Source: Anthoceros angustus
Taxonomy: Eukaryota; Plantae; Anthocerotophyta
DNA length: 64,000 nt
Reading direction: 5' to 3'
Assembly: GCA_010909165.1 (NCBI GenBank)
Contig: MU008180.1
Span: forward strand, 929,884-993,883
A model generated the notes under the pieces. It was not told the DNA's origin. It saw only the letters and a program-made list of their open reading frames with translations, and made no database searches. A program made the translations under genes and the position numbers. The stretch's first letter is position 1; each line of letters starts with the position of its first letter. Of this stretch, positions 48,933 to 62,605 are shown piece by piece.

Positions 48933-51900
48933 CTAAGTAGTGGATAATCCTCGTAAACGGGCGAAGGATTTTGTTTGCAACAAGTAGCCATGTCTTGATG
49001 GTAGTAGGGTCGCTGTGCTGTCCAGGAGCGAGGAGGTCAAGGACTTCAGTTCAGCATCTTCCTGAGGCAAATACCCAGGGCCAGTCAGTACGGGACTTCT
49101 GACGGGGGATTTGAGGGTTAAAGATGCAGATGTACTACGACATGACAACCTGCGGTGTACAGGGACTGGGACTCACCTGGAATACGAGAAGTAGTGTGTT
49201 GCATACGTCCAATATTTCATTTCCTCGTTGCATCTGTTCATCGGTTGGTTCAGGGAAGATACCGAAGAGAACATAGAACAGAGATATATAATAGGGTAGG
49301 GTCCTGCGGATGATGTCTCACCTGGGCACCTGGTTCGTCAATAGCAACAACAAGTCTCTCCACAAGATCGCGAGAGATGGTGCTTAGTTCTTCAATATAT
49401 GTTGGGTCTCCGTAATAGAGGCTGTCATTACTGTCAACCTGTTTGAACATAATCCATCAACACAATTCAGGAGCAAATCATCAATCTACACAGGTTCACT
49501 TGCCGGAAACTCCTCTCCAAAACAATGTACCTGGTCGTTTTCTACATGATAAGGTAAGGCCTCTTGAGAAAGTGCCGCAACAGTACAAAGGAGGCCACAA
49601 AGAACCTGAATTTTCCTCCGCCCTGGTGTGAGCCTGATAACGTGGCAAATGTGGTAAGTTGCAAGAATCGAATGCACTTATACAAAGCAGACAGAGAGTT
49701 TCGGATTTGTTTTAGAATCGAATGCACTAATACGAAGCAAACAGAGAGTTTCACATTTGTTTTAGTGAGATTACCATGGATGAGTTTCTAGAACAGTCAG
49801 CAAGCCCTTGAGAATATATACAGCTCCAAGCTCAGGGTGTCCTGTTTCAATCAGTTGATTTGGAAAAGGATCAGAGTACACAAAAACCAACAAGCCTGTG
49901 ACATCAAAAGCAATCCGCCTACACAGAGGGTGTTGTCTGAGGATAATACCAGGAGCCAAAATGAGAAAGGACGAAAGCTTCTGAAGAAAAACAACAACTT
50001 CCTCAGCTGACTCCTTAGTCCGCTCTGCTGTCAGACGACAGCACTTCCACTGAGAATCCATGTTCATCAGCGCAATAAATTCATGGACCACAGTTAAGCA
50101 ATTCTATTTAAGCATCTCTAGCTGGGCCTTCCACATTTACGCCATGAATTTGCATTACCATCCTCGCTTTGCACCTCCTGTAAGCTCGTTATTGCACTCT
50201 TCACAAGCCCATCACAGTGAGAGAGCAATGCATTTAACAATGCCACCTGCCATAAAAACCCACATACTTCAGGACACCAGTTCTTACTCGAAAATGAATA
50301 CGGCTCACCAGGCACTCACCTCTGCAGTTTCTAGAAACAGGTTGGCGCGATTGATGAGGCTGTTAACAGATGGTATGGTGATCTCATTGAAAGTCACACA
50401 AGCTTTTACAAACTCCGAAGTGCGATGTGTGTGAAAACCTTTCACTAACTTCAGAGCACGAATGGCAAGCCAGTTGCTGGCATGTATCACTGTAACCTGC
50501 AATGCAAATTATCAATGAACAACTAACTTCGAAAACAGAGGAACTACCTGTGCTAGTTGACAAGGCAGCTGCTCACAGTTAGAAAACAGTATTCTCTGGC
50601 TTACAGTGACCTCTGTCGACACACGTAGAAGAGCATTGTGCTCGTGCCTTAAATACATGCTAACTGACACACAACCAGCTTGCCACAGCTACAAGGCTCT
50701 CACTTCTAGTACGACCAGCCCTCAGCAAGCTTGTAGAACATGAACAAAAAGAGCAAATACATGGGTAACCAGGAGCATAGACCTACCCGAAGAGAATCCA
50801 TGTTCGAGAATGTTGCTCGACAGTCTACCAGGAAAGCAAGGTGTTGCTCCAAATCTCGTCCAAAATCAACCTGTTTGACAAACTAAGGTTTAGCTACAAA
50901 CTTTGACCCACAGACATTAAAGGTGCATTACAACCATGCTCTATCCTCGATTGAGTTATTGAAGACTCAGACAGAAAAGATGGGCCATGTGCATACAAGG
51001 TGCAGCTGGTGTGTAGTATATCAATCTGACAAGCCCACAAGACGTCCTGCAAATTCTTACATCCACAAGCTTTCAGATAATTGGACATGCCGTACCAGCT
51101 GGACAAAACGGACAATCAGCCTAGTTATCTGCCGTCGATCATCATCACTGCTGAGACTGTCAAGTGAGTCGTGAAGAACCTTGGAAAGCTCAAAAATGAA
51201 GTGCCTGGTCACTGGGTCACGGAAACTCTGGTTGTTCCTGAAGAGAAACATTTTCCAAAAGAGCAGAAAGTGAAACTGTCATCAAGAGCCGCTCCTGATA
51301 TGCCCCCACGTTCTAGCACATTTCCATCGTTACCCCAAATTCAAGTACATACAAGCAGTTGACAGAAAAGCCACCTGGAGACCGAATTCATTATTCGCTT
51401 GTAGACTGATATTCGAGTATCACCGTAGAAAACATCAAGAAGTCCAACAAAATGGTCCTAAAACCAAGTTCAAGCATGTGAGGATATAAACTTGAACTCT
51501 CAATACTGAAGGATAAAGGTTTCTTGCATGCAGATTTCTAGGCATTTCAGTCTGCTCACTCAGAATGTTAGTCTTATGCAAGTGCAACCTAACAGCATAG
51601 AATGAAACGGCAAGAAATTACCAGGGTTAACAGATGCGTAAGATCTGTGTAGTGTGTCACCAACTTGAATACTATTGACTCCAAGAGTGCAAGAACAGTG
51701 TCATTGGTTTCATCTTTCGTTACATGTTTCATAATGTCCCTCAGTATCACATTAAGTTCAACCTCCTGTTTCAGAGCAACATGTAAGATATCCGAGGGCA
51801 AAAGAGCAGCCAGAAAGAACTGCTGATAACTAAGAATAAGAACATGTACAGTGCAGTTCTGTAGGATGTAGTCCGTGAAAGCATCAGCTACTGACAAGTA

Positions 51901-54726
51901 ATCTGTCAGCTCTGTGTACTTCATGACAACCTACAGAAGATAAAATAAACACTTCATCAGGCACATACATGGGTATAGCAAACAAGACTCAACCAGAGGA
52001 AGGGAGAAGAAAAGTGTGCAACCTTCCACACATTATTCAAGACAGGAAGCCTGAATTCCCTTGGAGGGCTGCATTCACAAAGTTTGGTGCCAAGCAATCT
52101 GTAATTTAAATGCTGGGCAATGCAGTCAACAGAGGAAGTTATCATAAACCCGTGTGGTTGTTAGCCTTGAGCATCATCAAAAAACTGGAGCAGAGGATCT
52201 CCATAGCGAGAGCAGTTCACTGCTCACCTGTGCCATGGAGAGATCTTCAGAGCTTTGAACAAATTTTGAGAGAGACAATGAGTGGTTTCCAACAAAAGTG
52301 GCAGGCAACTGCTTCAGTACATGATGGACCACAACAGATACAGGAGCAGCCTGTGCTCCGTTTCCTGAACCAACATGGCCACCAAAAGCTTGTAAAATCA
52401 GGTTCATTTGCTCCTGCAAAGTCACAAACATGCTACCTTAGAAGGGGCCTAAAATCATAGACCAAGAACTCTATAAAGCAGCAGCTTGCAGCAGAGTCAT
52501 TCACCTGGTTGGCATCCTTGAAGATACAGTGTATCATCCACTCAATGGCTGGTTCTATCAACATCAGATAAAGCCGGCGATCAACTCCAGCCTTATGATC
52601 AAATTCGCCACCAAGTGCTCTCCTAAAGAGAAGCAAGTAGTCATTTAGGCCGCTGATGAGATACCCTGTTTGAGACAAGGAAGCCAATTACTGCCCCAAA
52701 GCAAGTAAATAATTCCTAGAGAAGCAGATCACACCAAGTAGGGGCTTCATCCAGAGCACCTAGGCCTTTAACCCTCATGCCAGAAACTACTCAAATTCTA
52801 GCAAAATACACAACCTCGATTGCCTCGAGGGATAGCTGCTGGCACTGGCAACCCCCAAATGCTGGTAATCGCACAATATGTCTTCATTGCGTCAGTTGGG
52901 CCTGGCCGCCCATTAACAGCTCACATTAAAGCAACCAGGCGAACCACTCTTAACACTTCCAGGACTACAAAACTACAGCAGCCTGGGATATGGGGGCAGG
53001 CTATAATACATGCAAGCCTGTGCTTCGGGAGATTAGATGAGTGAAGTTACCAGTCTCCAAAGGGATCAGAGCTTGACCCCTACGGGCTAGATAGACACGA
53101 GCGTACGCAGCAGCCAAAGGATCGGCCAACCCCCTCATCATGCTATTCAAACGCTGGAAGGAAGACACAGGAGGGTCCCGCTCCATAAATTGCATGCATC
53201 GCAGAATGGCAACTTCAAGATATCTGCCAAATCCATATTCCAAAAATGACTGGATAAGACTCTGGCCTTCTTTGTTTTATCAATGTCACAACCGCCAGAA
53301 CCATTGTGCAACATCTTTTAAAGAAGAATCGGCAGACATGTGGACACTGACAGCTCCATACATGCGGGGAAGGAGTTCCCGAATGGACCCAATCTTGAAA
53401 AACCAATTTCCACACGTGTCCTTTGCTTCCTGGCGAACATCCTCTGAGGTCCAGTTCACTACAGGCACCATTGAAACAAACAATTGAGTCTTAGGCTATC
53501 GATGGTAAACGACATTTCTCATCCATACCATCAAAGGCCTCTTTGATGTGAAATAGCAAGATATCCGTTTCTTTGTTTATACACAAAGCTTTACTGATAC
53601 CTGGAAGCTGCTGAATCACGTTGCCACTTTCATCCGTCTCAGCCTTTTTCTTTAAGCGATTCCAGACCAAGTTTCCAACGGTGTCCATGACATCTGTGAC
53701 CAACACAAACAAGGTTGGATAGAATTGCGGTACTGAAGTGTCTGACAGCAGTTTGGCAACCTGCCAGAATTTGAAAAATCAGTGTCAACCATGTGCAGCT
53801 TCCGCAGCATCTTCAATTCACCAGATATCGAAGGCAATAATGAAGCGCTTACTTTAATGGACAGTCTCAGGGCAGCAACTCTCTCCTCGTTCAGCCAAGC
53901 CTGAGCAATTTCATCCTTCAATTCCTTCAGCCGTGTCACATACTCCTGCTGGGACAAGATCTTGACATCCTCACGAGCATGGCTGTCCGGGTCTTCCAAC
54001 TCCTCCAGGCGTGCAGCAATCAGAGACTTGCCTCTCCCTGCACCAAAGAGGAAACCATACAACTTAACACAACTGCTCCCCATATCTGCTGCGTGAAAAA
54101 GAACAAAGATGTCCTTGGCCTCTGCACAACCTTTCGGCTCCTTGGAAACGATGTCAAAAGTCTGCAAAGAGAAACCGGAAGTCAGTCAGCAAGCTCCAAC
54201 ACCTTCAATACACTGCCTTCCACTAGAATTCAGCCAAGGGAGCTGACTTACAGCAGACACTGTAATGGTCCCTGTCCAGCTAAATCTCTGCATAATTGAC
54301 AGCTTGGTGGCATCCCATTCTGCGGCTGCTGCATCCGCCTGCTGATCCGATGCTGGCTTGGGGCCGCGTCGTGACGGTCTCGACAGTGGTTGAACATCGT
54401 CTATGGATGAAGCTCCTTGCCACGAACTGGACCGCAGGGGATCATCGAACGAACTCTCCTGCGGCTTGATCTCCTCCGGCTGAAAGGAGTGAACCCAGAA
54501 TTAAGTCACGTCACAACACTCCCGCACCCACAATCGAAAAAGGCCGCTTTCGGCAACAAGGTGTGGGCGCCCAAACCTCGGCAACGGAGGCTCCCCCGGA
54601 CGCACTGCGGTGACGGCCCTTGTGCAGCCCACCAGATCTACCCACAAGAGGATGATCCAGGGCGGGCTCCCTGCGCAGGGTACAGAGTGCTTCCTCGGCC
54701 GCGTACTCCCGCTGCCGGTGCTGCAT
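48933..54726 (-). CDS. VPS35L: VPS35-like Retriever complex subunit (C16orf62 homolog), many introns
   Basis: [12 protein letters not shown]...DHPL N-terminus, [94 protein letters not shown]; last exon ends ...GLSTT-stop at 48933. Confidence 0.92.
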
Positions 54727-54856
54727 CGCGAACTGCGGCATGCTGCCCGCATCCGCACCTTAGGCTGAGAACAACTCCACCCGAGCCACCTCCTATTACT
54801 GCATTTCGGAAACGAGGATGCACGGGACGTGAAGCTGCGATCAGAGCTGGAGCGAG
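54727..54856. promoter_or_regulatory. Putative bidirectional promoter VPS35L / APH1
   Basis: 130 bp between divergent ATGs. Confidence 0.55.
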
Positions 54857-55630
54857 ATGACTGCTGCCGCGGGAGCGGGATACACGTTGCTGGCGCTGGG
54901 CCCTGCCGCAGCGCTCTTCGTCACAGTCATCGCCCACAAGCCGTTTCTGGTGATCACAGTGCTCTCCAGCGCGCTGATTTGGCTCGTGAGCTTGATCTGC
55001 ATCTCGGCCTTCTGGCGGGCCTTTCTGCCTGCATCGACGGACCCCTGGCTCTACGCCTTCATCCTCGTCTCAGCCGTGGGGGCCCAGGAGGCGGTGCGGC
55101 TCCTCTTCTGGCGGCTCTACGGGCGCCTTCTGCGAGCCTTGGACGACCTGGCCGTGAAGCTTTCCAAGCCGAAGCTCCTGCTAATTGACAACATCCAAAT
55201 TGCGCTGGCTGCAGGGCTGGGCCACGGCGTGGCGCATGTGCTCTTCTTCTGCCTCAGTTTGCTGGTTCCTGCCTACGGGCCTGCCACCTTCTACTCGGAC
55301 GCATGTCCGCGCATGCCATTGTTCCTCGTCACGGCTCTCACCTCGCTGGGTTTCCTCCTCATCCACACCTTCTCCATGATCATCGCCTTCACCGGCTACT
55401 CCGACGGCACCAAGGCTCTGCAGCTCTTCCCTCCGGGCATGCACATGCTGGCAGCTTTGCTCACTCTCGTCAACACCACCTCGCAGGGCTGCATGGTGGG
55501 TGTTCCTCTCATTCTCAGCTGCGCTGCTGTGACCCTGCTATTCTGCTGGAAAATTCTGTGGGATAAAACGGGGGAGGACGCTCATGCTCGCGCCAGCATC
55601 ATGGATCGGGTGCCAGTGACTGGGCTGTGA
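54857..55630 (+). CDS. APH1: Gamma-secretase subunit APH-1, intronless
   Basis: MTAAAGAGYTLLALGP, KPFLV...WLVSL, QE..R, ALAAGLGHGVAH, GPATFY, conserved His in LIHTF and MHMLA; multiple hydrophobic helices. Confidence 0.93.
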   Translation: MTAAAGAGYTLLALGPAAALFVTVIAHKPFLVITVLSSALIWLVSLICISAFWRAFLPASTDPWLYAFILVSAVGAQEAVRLLFWRLYGRLLRALDDLAVKLSKPKLLLIDNIQIALAAGLGHGVAHVLFFCLSLLVPAYGPATFYSDACPRMPLFLVTALTSLGFLLIHTFSMIIAFTGYSDGTKALQLFPPGMHMLAALLTLVNTTSQGCMVGVPLILSCAAVTLLFCWKILWDKTGEDAHARASIMDRVPVTGL

Positions 55631-56199
55631 TGGGCAGGGGCTGCGATTTTCCATGCAGGAACATCTCGCCAGTTTTGGGTTGCTCTGCTCTTCTTTCGGA
55701 ACATTGATTTACATGTATGCGGTGTCAGGAGTTTTACTTGCCGCGATCCAGTCCAGTTAACAGGATGACCATGAGCTTGTTCAGGCATTCTGCAAAGACC
55801 TTGTAGCATTCGGCCACGTTATTGCATCTCGCTGAGAACGAGCACCGAATTCGGCAATCATCGTGAAAGAAGGAGCTGTGATGCTGTGATCGAACGAGTG
55901 ACTCAAGGGAGAACTGTGACAGGTTCAAGCGGCGGAAATTTACGGGCTGAGAGCTAATGGGCTGCTTCCTGGCGGTGTAGCAACTTGCAACGGCTTGACT
56001 GTTTTACTGAAGTGGCGGCCTGTATGACTCACGTCATGTACATATCCAGCCTTCAATGTTAAACAAAGCCCTACTGCGCTCCGCTGTCGGGGCCAGAAAT
56101 GGGCCCCGAGCCTGCCATGTTCGCCGGCTCCGCGAATTATTCCCTGGCGAACGAGGTGGCCAGTCATGCCTCCGCGGCGCTTGTGGAGGAGGGTGCATT

Positions 56200-57800
56200 G
56201 ATTGATGCCTTCAGGCACACAGACAGCTTTTCTTGCGTGTTTGCGGAACCAATTTTTGGGTTGGGGGAGTTTGTGTTCTGGACGATTTCTGATGAGGTGA
56301 GGATGTTGGGTTCCAGCTTCGCTCAGCTGGGTCGGTGTCGCTTGCACTGCCGGGGATGATTTTGGAATTCGCCAATGTGCGCACGAATGGAAGGAATTCT
56401 TCGTTTCTGTGGCTCACGTGAGAGTGTGGTGTTGCAGGTGGACAGGATTTGCGATGTTGTCAGGGGCTGGAGTGTGGATTTTGTTGTGCGAAGGTTGGTT
56501 TGTGTTGGCTTTTGTGGAGAATTTGGTGGGGGCGGGCCTGACGGTCTGCATTTAGGGTTGAGTCCTAGACGGGGGTCCAGTGGAAGAGGCATGTGTTTCA
56601 GTTCGCTCCATCATTAGCTAACATATGAGCTGATTGTTTGTACGTTACAACTTGCGGGCCTGTGGACATTTTCTGTTCAGGCTTCTCAGTTTCATGGTGA
56701 GGGACATCTCAATGATAGATTTGCACTCAGTGTGACAGTTGTGTCTTGTTGACAGACGTAAGTTCGATTAAGTTTTGGAAGGCCCTTAGTGTTACCGGAT
56801 GGTGCTCATTTAAGCTGACGTTTTTCATGCCTTTTTTGGTCCTCCTAGGTGTTTATTAACCCGCGGCTCAGCTGCGAGCAAAGACTCTTTCTGATGGTAC
56901 TAGTTCCTTCCAAGATTGTATAAATGGTTGGCTGGTTCTGTTTCCTGTATATTTTCCTAGCTAATGTGTATGACACCTTTGGAGCGAAATCGCAGTCCAT
57001 AACATCTAGAGCCCTAGACCAATTACTATGGCAGCGTTCTTTGGATCCAAGAGTCTTGAGGTGTGTTTTTTTCTGCATGGCTGTAGCTTCTTGGTGCTGG
57101 ACATTGTGTACAGGCTCAAAGTGTGTCTAATTTTAGAACTGTATCGGTGATGTAGAGGGATTGTGGCCCTTGCTTGCCCGAATCAAGACACAGGCTTGCT
57201 GTTTGGATATCTGGTAAGTCTGTTGGAAGTCTGACATTGCAAATGTGTGATCGGCTTTGAGCGGCAAGTACATGCTAACTCGACAAGCACCTACCTTGTG
57301 GCAGCTATCAGCATCTCCGAGCTTGCTGGCCTCATATGTACGTGTGACTGTGATGTGCAGATGGAAGTGTTTGCTGGCTTGGTTTCCAACAGCCACCTTC
57401 AGGATCCTTCTGACGTGGAGTGTGCCAGTGGTGATTCAATTGTGGCTGTTTCTTGCTCTACTCAGGTTCTGCTGTCACCTTCCTGGCTCCATTTGCTGCG
57501 CTAGTAGTGGCAGTAGCCCCTGCTTTTTGAATCGTTTCTGTAGTCATTATGTCCTATATGGGAACTATCGCAGATGGCAGAGGAGGTCAAAGTTACACAC
57601 ACGTTGTGCCAAAACTTCTGTATAGAAGAGGTCTATGTTGCAGCCATGCCTTTTCAGGTTGGTGATGCCGTTCCACCAGAATCAGCTTGTTTCAGTTGCT
57701 TTTCCCTCCTTCATGTGCCCGGATATATGCATGCTTCTAGTCGATGATATTTCTTTTCCTGATGAATTCAGGTGAGGAGAGCAGTCCTTGGAGCCCTAGC
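56200..57800 (+). ncRNA. Possible spliced non-coding transcript or long multi-intron leader
   Basis: Several + strand splice-like signals (gag|gtgagg ~56296, ttctgttcag 56680, gac|gtaagt ~56758, ttggtcctcctag 56848, ctg|gtaagt 57213, cag|gtgagg ~57771) without a convincing ORF. Confidence 0.25.
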
Positions 57801-58892
57801 AGGTGGTGAAGATCTGAGTGACCTGGGTTGTGGGGATCTGGAAAAGAGTTCTTCTTCATATTGCACACCCATCTGCTGCATAACGCTGGAACCTTTGCTG
57901 TGCCCGGTGGGTAGATATTCAGCTAGTTCCCTTTTGACACTTCTTGAGGTCTTCGCTGAAAACGCTGAGCCCCTGTTTTTGCTGTATCCAGAACGGAGCT
58001 GTTACCTGTGATGTGGTTGCTGTTATTCAAAGAAGTCAGAAAATCCGCAAGGAACATGCTGTAAGTCCTTTGGTCCTTCCTGTCGCACCTGGGGTTTGTG
58101 TAGAACCACCTTCCTGTCCTCTGCAAAAACTCGTGCCCTTCTTGAACAGTCGGTTTGGATCTGGACTGACTTGTAACAGGCCGTTTTTGTGTGGGCAGTT
58201 TCTGTACAGGGGCAAAGCTTTGTTTGCCTGGCTGGGGACATCAACAATACCGATGCATCCCGAAACTCGGTCTCTAGTCCGGCCCACAGACATATATCGA
58301 TTATCATGATTCACTGCTTCTTTTGAAAGCACCATTTCCTAGAAAGCTGCATATTCAGAAGCCTTGTTGTACATTATTAGTTTCAGCCATGGCTTCTAGT
58401 ATGCAGGCAGGAGCAGTATTTGCAAACCATGAAACCACTATTTGATAATTGAGTCGAAACGATAGATGTCTCTTGAATCCTTCCTACTCTAACCCCTCCT
58501 TGTGGCTTGAGCAAGGAGCTAGAGGCTGTACCAGGACTGTTGTGACTGTACTTCGTACTCTGGGATACCCCGTCCAGTTTGTGGAGGTATCTATTTTATG
58601 TAGGACAGGACTTTTATAATTCACTAAGCAAGCTCCTAAAAGGTGGGGACACGTGTCGGAAGAAGGAGCCATCAACTGGGTTCCCATATCCAGTCCGCTA
58701 TTCCACCCCGTCGCTCTCGGAAGCATGGAGCGCATTGGATGTTGTGGTGTATGGATGTGGAGTTGGCGGGCAGCGAATGCGCAGGCCAGGAGCTTAGGAA
58801 GTTCTCAGGTCAGAGCGGAGCATAGCGATTAATCTTTGGTAGGATCCCCAGCAGGTGCACAGGACTGGACTGGAGGGGGCCAGATTGCGGGC

Positions 58893-61170
58893 ATGGCTAG
58901 CACATTTGCGCTGAGGAGACCTCCCTTGCTGTCCAACGCAGTCCTGGAAAATCCGTCCAGGTTGTTGGACCCACAGGAGGCATGTGGGAAATGCGCGTTA
59001 TCCTACTCCAGATTCCCAGGTTTCAGGAATTCCTTGCACAGAGGCAAGGAATCGCAAGCAGGATTCTTCGGAATTGTGCAGAACCTGTCACCCCTGCAGC
59101 TCTCGGAGAGGAGTTGGGGGCAGGTGGCCAGCGCCACCTCCATCCCCTCGCAGACCCAGCTACAGGCTGAGGTGCCCCTATCCACAGGGATCAGCGTGGG
59201 CAAACTGGCGGTACAGGGCCCGCGGGAGGAGATGGAGGATGACTTCGTGGTGGAGCCCAATGCGCCCAAAGGGTTCACTTACGTAGGAGTGTTCGATGGG
59301 CACGCCGGCTTCTCGTCGGTCCAGTTTCTAAGGTACTGCCGGGTTATTGCGCGCGCTGCCTGGGCTGTGGAGCTTTAGTGGAAGGGTCTTGGGCCACTAA
59401 TCTTGGATAAGCCTGGCAGGTGTATGCTGATTGCGAGCATGATACCTTGTCACCATACTTGTACAGGGAGGAACTCTACAAGGAATGCATTTCTGCATTA
59501 GACGGTGGAAGTTTGTTGGAAATCGACGACTCTTCAGGTGCAGAAGCTGCAGTTGCAAGTGCCTTTCTTCAGACTGACGAGAGGCTACTGGCAAGGTCTC
59601 TTCTTTCCTTGGATTGTCCCTGATGCAGGCATGGTTAACAGAAATCATGTGCTATGGTGACAACTCTGGATATTGAGAGCTGTGTTGGCGCCCCTCGTTT
59701 GCTGTGTCCGGAAACAGGTTGCAAGAACCTGGAGCGCAAAAGGAATCTGGGGCAACTGCAACGGTCTTGTTCGCACGCGAGGACCGATTGCTGGTTGCGC
59801 ATGTTGGGGACTCCCGTGTGGTAATGGCCATATTTTTGAAGCTTCCCTCCTCTTCTCTCCCCACCAGGCTGTGCAACTGTCGTCCGCATCGCATGGTTTT
59901 TTCCTTGCTTGGAGCTCATTCCTGCTTTTGGGGCATGTGGGAGATGTTCAGGTGCTGTGCCGTGCTGGGAAAGCTGAACAACTGTCTGAGGATCATCGTC
60001 CTTATAGTAACAAGAAGAAATCGCTTGCCGAAGTCCAACGAATTAAAGATGCCGGCGGCTGGGTAGGGAATAGCTCGATAGCCTTTGAGGAAGCTCAGGG
60101 ATTTTGAGAAGCGCAACGAGCTTGCTGGACCTGACAGTCCACCGTCATGTTTTCCCCAGGTGACACATGGGCGCGTCTGCGGAAACTTGTCTGTGTCGAG
60201 AGCATTTGGAGACATATCATTCAAGACGGAGAGAAAACAGTGTGTTTACTTCACTGAGATACACTTGGTTAATGTCCCGTGGTGATGTACAAGCGTCACC
60301 TCCTAACTGTCATGCCTGCAGGTTTATCGAGGAAGGGGTTAAGACGAGATTATGGACAAGGGCATTTGCATCTAGGTGAGGTTTTGCAAATTTCGGATGC
60401 AGATATCTTTGCCATTGATGCCTCTCAATGGGAATGTTGTTCCAGGGATGCCACCTGACACGGCCTGGTGCAAACTGTTGGCATGTTATGGCATGGATGT
60501 ATGCACAGTGTTGATGTCAAAGGGGATTGGATCACAGCATTGCCGGATATTTCCTGTATGGAAGTAACTCCAGATGTGGAGTTTCTCATCGTGGCCACAG
60601 ATGGATTATGGGACTCGTTGAACAGGTAGCTGCCTCTCATCTCCTGCTCCACGTTTCAGCGTGGCGTCACTGAAGGACTCACTAAACCTGCGTTGTCTGC
60701 AGTGACGAAGCTGTGCGATTGGCGAGACGGCTGTTGAAGAAGCATGGAGACGTGCAGGTAACTGACTTGTCTCATAATTAATTACTGCTCTGCGTTCTCA
60801 AGCTATCTTACTCTTCTGTTGTCCATGGCAGCTCACCTGCGAAGCTCTGGTCCAACGTGCTCTGGTGAGGTTTTCTCTTGAGATTTTTTCTTCTCTTCAG
60901 AACTTTTCTTATCAGATGTTGAAAGTACATGAGCATGTTTGCTCACACGATTGATTTCTGCTCTGCTCAGGATCGAAATGGCCAAGACAACGTGACCATT
61001 GTCATACTGGACTTTGGGTATGCATTCCTGTCTCATCAAATCGACTTTGAAGGTTCGTTCTGGCTTTATCTCCTAATCCGCTGCGAATCTTGAGCAGGAG
61101 ACGGCTTCACGAAGACGAAAGCTGGTGGTCCAAGATTGTGGACTATGTGTCTTCGTTACTGGACTTGTGA
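58893..61170 (+). CDS. PPH1: Chloroplast PP2C, PPH1/TAP38-like, multi-exon
   Basis: Transit-peptide-like N-terminus, [92 protein letters not shown]; ends WWSKIVDYVSSLLDL-stop. Confidence 0.88.
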
Positions 61171-61277
61171 ATGATCTAGGAAATCACGCTGCATAGTTGT
61201 CTCACCAGCCTGTAAGTTAAACGCAACCCCGTGTTGGAAATGTGTTGGACGTGCAGCAGAACAGACATGTATGCATG

Positions 61278-62605
61278 TCACATTGTTGTCGACGTCCGGT
61301 CGCACAGCCCGGACGTCACCGTTCTTGGCTCTCCCAGAGAAGGCCGACTTACGGGTACCAGGTCTAGGTCGAAGACATCTGAGAAAGCTTCCAGCAAGCG
61401 CTCATGTACCTTGCCCAGTAGGGCGCCAGATTGTTCTTCATTCAGTTGCAGGGGCGACAGTATTCGTGCAATGCTTCCCACTGGTCGATCAGCTATGCCG
61501 CATGGAACTATGCGTTGGAATGGAGTGAGATCGGTGTTCACGTTGAGTGCGAGGCCATGGTATGTGAACCACCTAGAGACACGCACACCCACGGCGGCCA
61601 CCTTGGCGTTGCCTGCCACACGATTGGCAAGGCAGATGAGTCAGCTGCAAATGACCGCGACCTAACAGTCCAACAAAAGGAGAGGGAGAAAGGAACCTAC
61701 CAACCCAAACCCCAGTGAGCCCCTCCACCCGGGATCCTACTAAGCCGCAGGCTGTCCATAGCGCGCGAATCACCACCTCTTCCAGAGCTCGGAGATACCA
61801 ATGTAGGTCCTGGCGATGGCGACGTAGGTCGAGGATGGGATACATCACCAGCTGCAGTCTCCACCAACTTCCATGGTCACCTCCACGCCAGCCTGGTCGC
61901 TCAGCAGTCTAATCACGACAACGCCCTATCCTACAGTCGTCAACATGACGAGCAGGAGGAAATTACCTGGCCAGGACCATGATAGGTGACCTCCCCGCCC
62001 CGCTCTGTGCGGTGCAGCTCGAAGGGAGGATCATCCCTGTCGAACCGTAAATACTCATCCGAGCTCATTGTCCCCATGGTATACACCGGCGGATGTTGCA
62101 ACATAACCAGCGTGTCCTCGCACTGTTGTTCCCCTTGGCTCAGCGCGGCACAGCGGGCATCAACCAGTGACTTCTGCCATCTCCAGGCCTCAACATACGG
62201 CACCAGCTGATCGAACATGTCGTAGCACTGGCACCTGACGGCATCACAGAACTCCCGCCTGTAAGCACGGCCTCATCCCCGCCATAACAAACAAGCAGCT
62301 GCCGCAACAAACCTGCGCTGCACCTGCAGATGCAGATCCGGCGTCTTCATCCGTGCCGGACGAGCTGTGCGCTCTACCTGAAACACACAAAATAAAATTG
62401 TGTGGCGAAAACAACAACGATTGTGTAAAGGCGAGGCGAGGCGCGGAAGAGGAGAATTACAGAGAGATCGGAGTCCCGGCTGAGGGAGCATCGCAGGAGC
62501 AGAGAAGGCCGGCAAGCTGCAGCAGCCGCCATGGACGCGCATGGACGCCGATTCTGCGATTTCGATTTGTTTGGGTGGTATCCCTCGAAGGAGCCTGGCG
62601 AGCAT
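61278..62605 (-). CDS. LIP2: Octanoyltransferase LIP2/LipB, likely plastidial
   Basis: [69 protein letters not shown]; N-terminal transit-like extension (start uncertain). Confidence 0.9.
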
